A stretch of 64,000 nucleotides of DNA from Podarcis erhardii (Eukaryota), in NCBI GenBank assembly GCA_964252035.1, contig OZ176202.1. The stretch is one strand, 5' to 3'. Below are positions 24,668 to 37,503 of the stretch, in pieces. Both the position numbers and the translations under genes were made by a program. How positions within the stretch are numbered: position 1 is the stretch's first letter; each line of letters begins with the position of its first letter. The notes below the pieces were generated by a model. It was given only the letters and a program-made list of their open reading frames with translations, was not told where the DNA came from and did no database searches.

Positions 24668-26124
24668 GATGGAACAATACACACAGTTCCCCCTGTAAAC
24701 AGCTTCCATTGCCACTTCCAAATCCATGGCATCTGGTACAACTTACTAGGATGCTTACAGTAGTGTCATGGTACTCTAGACTTTGCCAGTCCCATGCCAC
24801 ACCATTGATTGCTACTGGTGGAAGCCAGTGAAACCCACACACACAGCAAAAGTCTCGTCTGCAAAGTAAATGGTCTGTGTAAATGATACGTGGAAGTGAT
24901 GGTGGTACTTTGGCTGAACCTTTGTGTTCTTACGTTGTCCCAGGAATTTGCCAGGAAATGAATCAAAGGAAAGCTCTCCAAAGGGTCAAATGGAATGTGT
25001 CCGTGCCAAGCATTCATATTTACAAACCGAAACAACTCTCTTCATTCTCAAAATAACTAATATTCTCGTCTAGAGCTGCACCCTCCACTATACTCCAGAA
25101 CACTGAGCTGCTTACAAACAGAGAAAAAAAATCCACAGAGATCTTTTGTCTGCAGTGCTGAAGACTTCCTGCAGCCAAACTTTAAAACTTGGCTTTCCCT
25201 TTTTCAGGTCCTCACCTCTGCACATGCCAGAAAGCTCACATATGTTGACATAGAGCCATTCGGAAACTGCCAAGTTCAAGTTTGTGAGTGCTCAGAGACA
25301 ACAGCTGCGGTCTTTGCCAGAATTCAGACAGCGAATCCAGGGGGAAATGTCAGTATTTCCATCAACAAATGTAGATATTCACTATAAAAGTAATGATGGA
25401 ACTCAAAAATGTGGTTTTCATACGAACGAGTCCCAGATTAGGTATTTCTGAGGAAGTGAAAGAGTTTGCAGAGGGTGGGATTTTAATTGACCATAGGCAG
25501 CAATGGGAAAAAGCTGTTTCTGCAAAGCAGATGTGCCCTCTTTTCTCATGGGTGGGTGGAAGTGAAAATTTTATGATGTAGCTTCAGAAGTGATCCACTG
25601 CCACGTAGACTTTGCAAAAAAGGAGTGTCATTTAAAAAATGAAGGGCATGAGCCAGTCAGGAGTAAGCATGTTTATGTCCCGTGGATATATCCCGTGTGT
25701 CAATATCTCACACTGAATTCAATGCGATTTTAAAATTGTTTAACTTAAGAGTCTGCTTAGTGCAGGTGAGGTGTTTTGAATCAGTGTAAACCCCATGTTA
25801 ACAGCTTTGTCTTTCATAAGGCTCATATTAAACCATAAATCGGGACTGTCCTCTTGTATATAGTTTCAGCTGCTACCACAAGAGGTGCATACATTTTCTT
25901 GTGATCCCATCTTGATCTTGGTTTTAAATGTAGCATTGTGGGTCTTAATTTGAATTGCAACGTCTTTTTTATCACCTTTCATTGAAAGCTGCTTTAGGGC
26001 CCCATTCTAGAGCCATATAAATAAATCATATAAATTAACATGCAAGGCTACCGCACAATTATTGTATAGCACACTTATGCCAGAGTATATGAACCACATA
26101 TCTGACTGTGCCAAAGCTAATGTA

Positions 26125-26358
26125 CAATGGTACCTTGGGTTACAAACACCTTGGGTTACAAACATTTCGGGTTACAGACTCCACTAACCCGGAAGAAGTA
26201 CCTCGGGTTAAGAAATTTACCTCAGGATGAGAACAGAAATCGTGCACTGGCGGCAGCGGGAGGCCCCATTAGCTAAAGTGGTACCTCAGGTTAAGAACAG
26301 TTTCAGGTTAAGAATGGATCTCCAGAACGAATTAAGTTCGGAACCAAAGGTACCACTG
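26125..26358 (+). mobile_element. Tc1/mariner (pogo/Tigger-type) MITE, ~240-bp family, copy 1
   Basis: TA-flanked ends CA(A)TGGTACC...GGTACCACTG. Three 16-bp GGTTACA subterminal repeats. Confidence 0.9.
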
Positions 26359-26574
26359 TATTTGAATGTCTTCAGCTAAAATGTCTCACAGAAGGACCTG
26401 TTTATCAAGGGTACAATCTTTACTGGCAATTTAAGGTTGTATCATCAAGAAGTAGAATGGCATTGCTTCAGATCACTCCAGTTGATGTGAGGCTATATGG
26501 TTGGATGGAGTATCTTTTGTGTGAGACAAGGCATGGAATATCTATTGATGAACCAAGCTGAATCTTCTCCTTGA

Positions 26575-26770
26575 ATAATTCATAGTGGCTATGTTATACC
26601 TCTACTGTCAGAGGCAGTAGACCTCTGAATACCAGTTGTTGGAAATCATGAATGGGACAAGTGATGTTGCATTCAGGTCCTACTCCTGGGCTTCCTTCAG
26701 GCACCTAGTTGGACACGGTGAGAAGAAGATGGACCTTTGGCCTGATCCAGCATGGCTCTTATATTCTTCA
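26575..26770 (+). mobile_element. CR1 LINE 3' UTR
   Basis: Ends gatggacctttggcctgatccagcatggctcttatattctt. Confidence 0.75.
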
Positions 26771-28269
26771 TTTCCATTACCATACATTTATTGAAACAGT
26801 AAAAGAACGTTTTTTGAATTGATAGGTTATCTATATCACCATTTTCCCTAAATGCCTTATGTGTGCATTGGCAACAGAAGTGAAAGACCAAGGCCTTTGA
26901 TAGCCACTGGTCAAATTTTAGCTCTGACTGCTGGCATGGTTTAATGTTCCTATTTCTACAACCTAATTCCTAGCAGATGTAGAATATTTTCACCCTTTCT
27001 TAATTTTCAATAAAATGTGAACCAATGGTTTCAGAGGAGACCACAGTATTATCTTCGATTTTAAAGCAAATATAGCCTACCCATTTAGTCTTTGAATTCC
27101 TGATTCTGACAGCTTACTTCATTTGTAATGTCATGTATGCAGAGGCCATAAAGAAATATTTCCACATGGGTCATAAAGTATGTAAGTCATACTTTATGGG
27201 TCATAAAGTATGTAAGTGCATCACTACATGTATCAGTTGGCTGGATTCATAGAAAGTCTCCAGGATTAGTATGGATATTTCCTCCACATAGAGCCAATAA
27301 TCCTGATCCACATGTTGCCCCTCTAGCATAAATCATGACTATTTTGTGGAGACACCAACATTCAGGACCATTTCTTAGAAATCTTCACTTGTCTATCATA
27401 ATGTATTATCATGTATTAATGTATTATCCTGTTCTATTAACTTTGCCATCTTGGACTCATTCAGGAGGAAGGGTGGGATATAAATAATAAATTAAATTAA
27501 TGGAAATGTCAGTTAATTTTATTCAATTGTATGACTTCATTTTTATGTAGATTCCACCTATGCCGTTTGAATTTAGTGTCATTATTAAATTCCCACAATG
27601 TCTGTTTTTAACTATCCTAAAACTAAGTTATTTGAAAGCTACTTTGTCCATGAAGAAAGCTTGTTTTAGAGTTGAAGGTATGTTAAGTTAAAATGATACA
27701 AAGAGGCTTATATTGAGAAGAATTTGGTGTTATCTATTGACATTCCATGGATAGGCAAAAGAATTTAAGTACTCAGGAAATGGTAAATAATGAAAGGAGC
27801 CTGTATTTTATGAAAATATGCTGTATCATAACCACTTTTTCCATTACATGGTTCTTTCCCCCCTTTTCCTCCATCAATGAACTTTCAACAACATTAATAT
27901 GGCAAGATAATCTCTACCACTTATTAGTGCCTTGAATCAATTACAATATAGAATTAAGGTTTTGTGTAACTTAACTCAAATAGAATTGTTCATAGGAAAA
28001 ATCTGATCCAGGGTATGTATCAAGTAGCCAAGGAACATTGATTATTATATGCTTTATCTTCATATTTCCTTTTATAGGGACATTTGATCTCAACAGTAGT
28101 GGAATGTACTCAGTCCTCATTAATTTTGCTCTCTGAGTTACGTTAATATTTTAGTGAATTTAGTAAACATTCCAAGAGCCACATTGCACTGGTCCAGGGG
28201 AAGAAAGGCAAAAGTATTTCATTTTTATTTCATTTCACTTTAAATTTGTATACCACCTTTTTATATACA

Positions 28270-28405
28270 CAGGGCTTTTTTTCAACTGGAGCTCACAGGA
28301 GCTCAGCTGTGGCACATCTCAGGTGGCCGCCATTGTCATTCTAAGAAAACAAGGAAGAAGTTTGTGGTGAGCTCTGGCACCTTTGGGTCTAGAAAAATAG
28401 CACTG
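28270..28405. mobile_element. hAT-type MITE (136 bp)
   Basis: TIR CAGGGCTTTTTTT versus reverse complement CAGTGCTATTTTT. Degenerate 8-bp TSD TATATACA / GTTATACA. Confidence 0.7.
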
Positions 28406-28526
28406 GTTATACACATGGCAGTTTACAAGCCAAAGAAACAACAAAATATGTAGCAAAGATCACACATTCTATAACAGTCCAATCCAATGTAAATGTCATA
28501 AAATATAACTTAAAACAAGCAACTTA

Positions 28527-28768
28527 CAGTGGTACCTTGGGTTAAGTACTTCATTTGTTCCGGAGGTCCGTTTTTAACCTGAAATTGTTCTTAACCTGAA
28601 GCACCACTTTAGCTAATGGGGCTTCCTGCTGCCGCCGCGCCGCCAGAGTACGATTTCTGTTCTCATCCTGAAGCAAACTTCTTAATCCGAGGTAATATTT
28701 CTGGGTTAGCGGAGTCTGTAACCTGAAGTGTATGTAACCTGAAGTGTATGTAACCCGAGGTACCACTC
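28527..28768 (-). mobile_element. Tc1/mariner MITE copy 2 (opposite orientation)
   Basis: TA-CAGTGGTACCTTGGGTTAAG...TAACCCGAGGTACCACTC-TA. The interior is the reverse complement of copies 1, 5 and 6. Confidence 0.92.
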
Positions 28769-30398
28769 TATATCAATTAAATACTATTCAATAATCCATT
28801 ATAATAACATTATAAAATTAACTCCCAAAATATCAGCAAATAATAATTAAACAAGATAAATTAACTCTTGGCAATTACAATAAATCATATAACAATCAAA
28901 ATAACAGCAAAGTTACAATACATAAAATACCACATTATGTAAAAGACCATGTAAAAAGATGGAACTGAGCAATGAAATCACATAAACTTATAAAATCACA
29001 AAATGCACTAACAGAAATAGTGCAATAGATGTGGGGAATTTTCAAGGGGGTCCCAAGGGTGGAAAATTGACACACCTCCACTCACAGTTCTTTCTCTAGC
29101 CACTGCCCCCTTTTTCTCCCCAAATAGGCAAGAAAACCATTTTTTTTTACCTTTGCACAGTAGACAATTTTCTATATACACACACACATCCTCATATCAA
29201 AGATCAAGGACACATTCAAGTCAGGCAAAAACAGCCAAGGAGGGTGTGAAGCAGGGCTAGTGAGGGAAGGAAGTTGTGGCCTTGAGGGCCAGATAGAGAG
29301 ACCTGAAGGGCCAAATTTATAACCTCAGTCCTTAGGTTCCCCCTCCCCCTGCCAAATGGTATAATTTTGTATTGAAATAGAGCAAAACACATTTAATAAT
29401 TTCGCTTACATATTTTTTTGGGGGGGGGGGACTCCCTCTATTGACTTTATTTGCTTAATGTATTTTTTTAACCTTTTTGCAGCATGAAGATGTGACTGAT
29501 GATCTCACACAGATCTGAGTGTAATTACCTGGAGGCTGCTTACAGCCGTTCAGCGTGAAGCAGGCATTTCCGTGCTAGATTTCAACATTCCTGAAGCAAG
29601 GGGGCTTCTAAACTTACTTTCTGCCCAAGAGCAAGAAGAATAAGGAGAGGAGGAAGGAGGGGGAAACCCTTTCCCTAATTAGCCAGGCTTTTAGGTTAAC
29701 TGCTCTGTGAAATGGCATGAAACGCTTATTATTTTTATAGCTTGCTTTTTATCTAAGGGAAAGGAAAGTCAAAGCACATTGTGAGAAATGGTCACCCTGG
29801 CCTCAAGGGAAACACAGAAGAAAGATGGTCATGTGTTTAAATTTCCATGCTGTCTCAATGGAAGGTCAAAAGTCATTATTTATTTTGAGACAAGAAACTT
29901 ATGGGGAGGTGAATAAATGATTGTGTTACTTTCTTTCTTGCTTTACTCTAATTTCCTGTTCTGGAATGTAGGCAGCTCACCCACAGCAACCCACAGTAGA
30001 ATTGACACCAGAACATTCGTCTCAGTGGGATGAGCAATTTATGTTTACCCAGAAATGTGATGTTTATTTAACTCGGACACAGTTGCATGACCTTCAGATG
30101 CCAGTGGCTGGGCCAGGCTCTGAAGAAAAGGACAGAAATAACTCAGTGGAGACATGTAGAAAAAGTACATGCTGAAAGCAAATATCAGTTTTTAGCAGTG
30201 TATTTCAACACTGAATCTCAGCTAGAGGTGGTGCAAGGGTTAAAGTACTAAAGGCAATGAAAAGAGATGCCAAACTCTCTGGGTTGGTTTCTTAGGAACA
30301 TAAGGATATTTTCATTTTTAGACTAATTTGCATACTACATTTTCTGAATTGGCATGTTTCTTCTCAATCACTTCCTTATTTCTGATTTGGCATGCTTC

Positions 30399-30402
<4 letters not shown>

Positions 30403-30457
<55 letters not shown>

Positions 30458-30459
30458 TG
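30403..30459. repeat. (TC)n(TG)n compound microsatellite
   Basis: Directly visible. Confidence 0.95.
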
Positions 30460-30773
30460 CTATTTAAAAAACAACAATGGGTTATACCTTGTCCTGACTG
30501 TTTAAAATTTCCAAATAATTTTATTGTAGCATTTGAATGAGTAGGATGAAAAGGCGTGGATTTTGTTACTTCAGGTATAGATCTCAAGCAGTAGTCTTGC
30601 ACTTAGTTATTTGGGGTTCAGCCTCAATTTAAGGATGATGGTATAGCAGTCATACCTGGTTCAAGACAGTGCCCATGTCATCTTTAGTGGTAAGCTGTAC
30701 AACCCCTTACTCGTATCCATTTTCTCTGACTTTTAATTTTGTTCTATTTTTAAAAAGATCAAAAACTGCAGTT

Positions 30774-30777
<4 letters not shown>

Positions 30778-30834
<57 letters not shown>
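30778..30834. repeat. (TC)n(CA)n compound microsatellite
   Basis: Directly visible. Confidence 0.95.
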
Positions 30835-30836
<2 letters not shown>

Positions 30837-30959
30837 GGCTGCATGGGTTATCTCTAATGGTCACACACACACAGCATCTGTGCCTCTTCTGCAATGATAC
30901 TCCTGCTGTCATTTCAGACCATTCCCTTTCATTGCCTCCCTCCTTCCCTCTCTTTAATA

Positions 30960-31110
30960 CAGTGGTACCTTGGGTTACAAACGCTTCGGGTTACAAATGC
31001 TTCGGATTACAAACTCCGCTAACTCGGAAGTAGTACCTCGGGTTACGAACTTTGCCCCAGGACGAGAACGGAAATTGTGTGGTGGCGGTGCGGCGGCAGC
31101 AGGAGGCCCC
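30960..31110 (+). mobile_element. Tc1/mariner MITE copy 3, left half only
   Basis: TA-CAGTGGTACCTTGGGTTACA start and shared interior up to gcaggaggcccc. No right TIR. Confidence 0.85.
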
Positions 31111-32257
31111 AATATCATAGTTTGGCATTGCCAGTGGAGGCTGGTGTTTTGGGGCGAATGGGACACTGCCCCACTAACCTGAGTCTTGATTCTTCTAAGC
31201 CCAGTCACCATCTTACTTCCAGCCAGGCCAGATGTCTGCTGCCTCCTCTTTAATCTCAGTTTTGCCTTGTAGAACTCTCAAGATTCAGTCATTTAAGGGA
31301 ACCATATTTTGTTTAATCCAAGATATGTGCCTTGCCTCATTATTCTTGGGTGTGGGTGCATATGTGATGCCTACTAGTCAATGCCAGACTAAACTGCATG
31401 GTAAAATTTAGAGCAAGCTGTTAAAACAAGCCTAATTATGAGAGCCCCTAATAATGTACGTAATTCAATTATGGGCCATGAGATTTCTGTCTTAAAATGT
31501 GCAGAGTTCTAGAGGTTGTAGATTTGCACTTTCCAAAAAACGTTCAGGAAAGTATTAGTAATTTAAGAAAACTAAGAGTTGCTAATGATTATAATTATCT
31601 TAAAGTGCAATGTTTTGGTGCTTATCCATTGTACACAATTAGATACCCTTGGCACACAGCCAGTCAGCCTGACACACAAAAGCTAAGTGTACACATGGTG
31701 TACCACTGCAGTTTGCCAAGAGAGCCTGAGCGGAACATTGTTTAAAAGAGGTGCCTAGCCAAGCCTGTATTTAGGAGAGGGGGGAGGGGGAATATATGAC
31801 TGAGAATTAGAGAGAGGTGTGGGAATAAGTGGCAATAACAAAACAAATAAACAAACAAACAAAAAACACCATGGGTTTGTGAATCATCATTCTGGCAACT
31901 GAAAACCACCCTGAATTACCTCTCAGGTCAACAAGTTATTTCAAGCTCAGATATGGTCAGCAGTGCATTTGTGAATTGTATCCTGAAGTAGCAATCCCTT
32001 AAATCACTTCAGCAGATGTGCTCACCTATTCTGTGCATTTATTCAAGTGGGTTACATTGGGGTTCTTTCCTTTCTCTCATTTCCTTTTCCAGTAGCTGAC
32101 GGACAGGTATGTCATGTATTGGATCTCAGTGTGTGGAAAAACTATGGGGATCTATTCATAGGGGATATCCAATATGGGAACGAACTCAGGATGCTGTGTT
32201 GGATTATCAGTTGAAGAGTATCCTCTTAATTGAAATAAATTAAAAAATCAAAAAATT

Positions 32258-32334
32258 GTCTGGTAGCACCATAGAGACCAAGTAAGTTTGTTCTGGGTAT
32301 AACCTTTCATGTGCATGCACACTTCTTCAGATAC
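32258..32334 (-). mobile_element. Penelope-like element terminal-repeat fragment
   Basis: ggtagcaccatagagacc...aagtttgttctgggtataacctttcatgtgcatgcacacttcttcagatac resembles the recalled reptile PLE pLTR pattern (gcaccttaaagactaac...agctttc...cacttcatcagatgc). Confidence 0.7.
32297..32334 (-). ncRNA. Degenerate minimal type-I hammerhead ribozyme motif
   Basis: Minus strand GUAU-CUGAAGA-A-GUGUGCAUGCACAU-GAA-AGGU-U-AUAC: stem I GUAU/AUAC, CUGANGA and GAAA cores, palindromic stem II. Loop III reads AGGU rather than palindromic AGCU. Confidence 0.6.
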
Positions 32335-33812
32335 TTCAGATAATTGAAGCATAGCTGATGCTGCCAGTATGCATTCAGCAGAACGTCTCACAGGTTCTGC
32401 TGGCACTCATCCCATCTAACAGTCTCTTAAGGAAGGATCAGTCATAATAATAATCATAGTCAATAGACAGGGATGATATGAGTTGGAGTTCCACAACATC
32501 TGCAAGGCCACAGATTCCCCATGCCTGCAGTGGTGCTATATACAGTATGTGCAAAATGCCAGCCTTCTGCAAGTTTCCCATTCACTTCAGCTGATGGAAT
32601 AAGCTGCCCTGGGAATGCCAACTGTCCATTGAAGAGCAGGATATAAATTTTAGAAATGAAAGGGGGGAAAGGCCATGTGCACTGAAATGTATGTACCAGT
32701 AATTGCATTGGTTTATCATTTCCATAGGAGTGAATGGATTGAGATATTTTGTGTTGCTTCCCTCTGTTTTCCGGAATAGCAATTAGCTATTGATGTGTGT
32801 GGCATACATGACAGATTGCATTTTAATATGAAAGCAGACTGGGTTTTATGCACTGTTTTAATTACAGTGGCATAGATTTTATTGTTCAATCACTGTGTAC
32901 ATCACTTCAGAGGTATTTTTGAGGCAGAAAATGTTATTCATCAATTTTAATTATAAATATAAACCTCTGACTTTCCCCTTGATGCACACACTTGCAGGCG
33001 TTGGGGTGGAAGACCTGCACACCCCTCCGGCATTCCCACTCTGCTTTGTTTGCTATTGGTAAAGGAATGTAATCTCAGAACTTGCATTCTTTGATTGGAA
33101 GGAGAGCCCAGTGCAGATGTGGAGGAACTATGTACAGTATGTACAGTTACAGAGGAGAAGTGCAATGGGGCTCTGTATTACCCTGGGAGATCTGTCAATA
33201 TGCATGTGGCTCCTAGAAGCTGTCAACATGCATCAGTAGCCACACCCCAGGAACAGCTCCAACTGGCCAGCTAAAGTAGGAGAGGGCAGCCAATAGGTCT
33301 CAAACCCTCTGTGAGTTAGGAACTTCCCCTGCATGTGAAGACAGGCTCCAGAAGATGGAGCAAATGAGACCATTCGTGGGTCCAATGGTCAAGAAGGCAG
33401 TTTCTGCACACGCTGCAGGCGGAAGTGAGTGGCAGATGGGGCTTGTCAACCTGGGAAGGTAGACCACCCAGAAGGAAAACTCTGATCCTAAACCTCTGTT
33501 GCTTTGTGGGATATCTTTGGGAAAAGAAAAGTCTAAGAAGTAAACCCCACTAATCCAGAGTAGAGTCCCTAAGATGACTGGATGCTGCCTTCCAGCAATT
33601 CCTGCAGCCAAGCTGGTGCCAAATGTATTGCTCTGCTTCCCTTTGGACCACATCAGTGAGGCTGAGAGGGGGGTCTTGTCATCAGGGCAGGCCAGGACCT
33701 CCATACACATTGCCCAGGCTTGTGCCCCAAGGAGATCACTCGGTGCTGCTAATGCAGCAGTCCCCCAGAGGCGCACTCCATTGTCTCTTGACACAGACGG
33801 ATGCCAAGAATA

Positions 33813-34545
33813 CGAAGGATGGATGAACCTGCCAATTTTGATTCCTCTCAGTTTCTCATTTTTCCACACATATTTTACTTTTTTCTTTTCTTTTTTTAAA
33901 AAAGGCTAATATACACATTTTTTGCAAATCTCCTCTGATATGAGGCACTTTTGTATGTTATTTTCACTAATATGTGCATTTATAAGCACATTCTGCTCTG
34001 GGGCATACATTTTTGGGCATATCCAATGCATGGCTGGAGAACCACATTGCAAAATTCTAAGAAGTGTGAAGTTTAAAAGATGGCTATGTTTTGGTTGGCC
34101 CATTGCTTCAGAAAGTGTGTATATGGGACGCGGGTGGCGCTGTGGGTAAAACCTCAGTGCCTAGGACTTGCCGATCGCATGGTTGACGGTTCGAATCCCC
34201 GCAGTGGGGTGAGCTCCCGTCGTTCGGTCCCTGCTCCTGCCCACCTAGCAGTTTGAAGCACTCTTAAGTGCAAGTAGATAAATAGGGACCGCTTTATAGC
34301 AGGAAGGTAAACGGCGTTTCCGTGTGCTGCGCTGGTGCTGGCTCGCCAGCTGTAGCTTCGTCACGCTGGCCACGTGACCCGGAAGTGTCTTCGGACGGCA
34401 CCGGCTCACGGCCTCTAGAGCGAGATGAGCACGCAACCCTAGAGTCGGACACGACTGGCCCGTATGGGCAGGGGTACCTTTACCTCTACCTTTATGCAGG
34501 TTTGCCTTTATATATGAACTGAATGGAATCCCTCCCCCATCCCTA
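33813..34545. mobile_element. Second copy of the GGGATGGG...CCCATCCCTA element, split by a Sauria SINE
   Basis: Starts gaaggatggatgaacctgccaattttgattcctctcagtttc and ends cccccatcccta. Interior similar to 11337-11732. Confidence 0.6.
34125..34494 (+). mobile_element. Full-length Sauria SINE (Squam1-type, tRNA-derived head with Bov-B-like tail)
   Basis: Starts GGGACGCGGGTGGCGCTGTGGG (A box), B box GGTTCGAATCC 34188-34198, tail agagtcggacacgact...(ACCTTT)n. CpG-rich. Confidence 0.93.
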
Positions 34546-37503
34546 CATACTATGAGCATCTTCAGAGCCAGTAGAACAAGGTAGCTGGAATGAAAATGAG
34601 CACTAAATGCTTAGTTTAACATGGTTCATTACTGACCCCTTTTCAAAATTATCTAAGGCTCCAATCCAATATCTGTTTTCTGGGAGATACAGCCCTTTAC
34701 TTCAATGGGCCTTCCTTCTGAGTAGACATGAGCAGGAGTCTACTCTTAAGAGTTTAAGGCTGGATAAAAAAAAATACTACATATATACTTTTTCCAGCAT
34801 AAGTCACAGAATAATGTTATGTAGGGTGGACGAACCATAGCTTAGGTTAGGCTGATTAAGGTTTCATCAAAACTGCAAGTGACACATAGCTGTGGATTAG
34901 GGGAAGATCTCTTTTATTGGCCAAGCTGTACTCTCGGCAGAGAAATGCATCATCAGCATACACTCCTATTGTCAGAAATTATGAACCTGGAGTTCTTGAA
35001 ATCTAATTACACTTGACACAGGCTGTGCAATCGCTAACCAGCGCCAGTAATGAGAACACTTATTCCTATCGGAAATTTATGTCTCTCCTCTGCAGCAGAG
35101 AAGAGGGGAGAGAGACTTGGGAGAAAATTAACTGGAAACAGAACCAGAACTAATCTGTTTATCTAATTTTTACCAGATGTGGTAAAGTAATCTTGCAGAA
35201 GGAATAAAATAAAAATCTGAGGCCAAGCACAATTAGCATGTGCCAAACTTTTTGAGCATGAGTGAACACAGGATTGTCCAAAAGACAAAATAGAGGGGTT
35301 GTGCGTCACAGTATCCAGTGCCAGCAAATTAGTGAATCGGGATTGCTGCTAGATCCTTTTATTATTATTGCTGCTGCTGTTGTTATTAATCATTGTGCGC
35401 CCCACCCTTTTTACTTACTTGACTCCTTGAAGCATGCAATATAGATTCAGACACAGTGTTTGGTGCTGTGTGGCACAGTTTGCTGGATGCCTGATGTATA
35501 GTTGTACATATTGGAATAGGAAATGATGTATGAAATAAAATATTACAGCTCAGTGCACAGAGAACACAGTGAGCAGACTGCGCACAATGCCTGCTAGTGG
35601 TGCTGACAGAATAAAGGACTTGCTTGGTGCAGCTTAGATTGAACATGTCTCTTTCCTCACACAAATAACTGTAGAACACTCCTCAAACTTCCTGTTTCTA
35701 TATACAGATAGAAGGAGCTGCTTATAACTAGGTCAGGGCATTACTATTGGTTCATTTAGTCCTGACTGGCAACTGCTATCCAAGGTCAACTAGCAACCCT
35801 AGACGGAAGGAGCAGTCTAGATTAGAAATCCCAGTATGTGAGTGTAATGCATTATTTCTGTGCAGAAATTTCTGGCCCCTTCATGATATTTTGGTTGGTG
35901 AATGTCAGAAGCAAAGCTCAGGACCATCTTCTCCATTCTCTGCCAATTACATAATTTTAACTTTCCTTTTGATAAAGTATTAAACTTGCTTTCTAACCTT
36001 GGTGACTCCAGTCATCGAGAAACAAATCTGCTGTCTCCCTGCACACTCCTAGCCTGATTTTCTGCTTCTTTCTTGGGTATTCTTTTATAGATAGACAGGT
36101 GTGCATGCATGTAATAAACTTTTTTAAAAATGAAAGTGCTTTTGCAGATCTACTTTATCATGACTTACTTTTTTACAGTGCATATGAGAAATATTTGTCT
36201 TATTTTTAATTCCACTGAGAAGATCCTCAATTATTGGTTTGGCTGTTTTCTTTAGATAAAATTAAGATGTGTGTAGGCCACATCTAAATAAACATGAATA
36301 TATCATGATTAGAATAGTTCTCTTTTTTGATTCATCTTCACAAGAGCAGGACACAGAAAGGTTTCAGTGCAGAATGTGGAATATGGGCAGTGCATGCTGC
36401 AACTTCTGGATCCACAAAAGAGGCTGGATAACACAATTTTCCTGGGGTTGTGGGGAAAGGCTTTAGGTTTCTGTAGAGGTTGTTGCCCCTTCCTGTAACC
36501 AAACTGTGCAAAAACAGAATCAAAAAGATGCAAAACAGAGGGGAATAGCAGAATAAGTTAGCAAAGTAAGAGAGAGAATGCATGTTAAGAAAACATTTCC
36601 ATAATCTATACAGGTTGTAGAAGTCAGTTTTTTCTTGCTGTGGAATTTGAACCTTCTTTTAAGCAGAGAAGGAGCAAATGCTATTATTGCAGGTGCCTGG
36701 AATATGCAGCTACTTTCAGATCCTACTCGAGTGGAAGCATAAGAGACCTCTCAAGTCTAATACAGCACATTAGGAGAGTTGGCAAAGCATGTTGATGTGG
36801 ATCATCTAATAATGGAAGCTGGAAGTCTCTTAATGAGGGTCAATTTCCTTCAGCAGCTTTCCAAAAAGCCTATTATGATTTTAATTATAACAATCCTAGA
36901 ATGAGTGCAAATGTTCTTTGATGAATTATTTAATGAGTGAACAAAATGGTAGCTTCTCATTGAAACACTGAACAAAAATGTTTGTAGTTAACACTACCGG
37001 GGGCAGGGCGGGGGGGAGCTGAACTGCCATAAACTGAGCACACAGACCTTATCTATTTTACTCGAGTTATTGCTGCAAATTTAATTGATCTGAGAACTGT
37101 GCATGTTTGTTTTGAGCATGTTTACTCTGAAATAATCCCCATTGAGTCCAATGCAGTTCACTTCCTAATAAGTGTCGCTCAACATCTGCCACCTTGGTAA
37201 ACACGTAAAGCTTCTGCCAGTGAAAGGGCATCCTTTCCATGGGATCATGGGTAGTTTACGTGCAGTCCATGCCCTTAAAACTTTGCTTCAATACCCAGTT
37301 TAATAGAGGCCAAGAGAAGTAGATGAGCCCTGATGAGCTCTCCAACCCTCATGGCCGGATCTTATGATAGCTAGGAAGTTTCCCCACCACCCTCACCACT
37401 CTGCTCCAGCTTCCAGAGGGAGAAATAGAAAAGAACCATCTGACCCTCATTTCTTTGATTTTCACCCCTGGGTAGGATGTTTGCATGACTGGATGTCCAC
37501 ATC

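Noticed and set aside
33300-33909. 189-aa minus and 111-aa plus ORFs
   Set aside because: No recognisable family or convincing splice boundaries; the locally higher GC explains the lack of stops.
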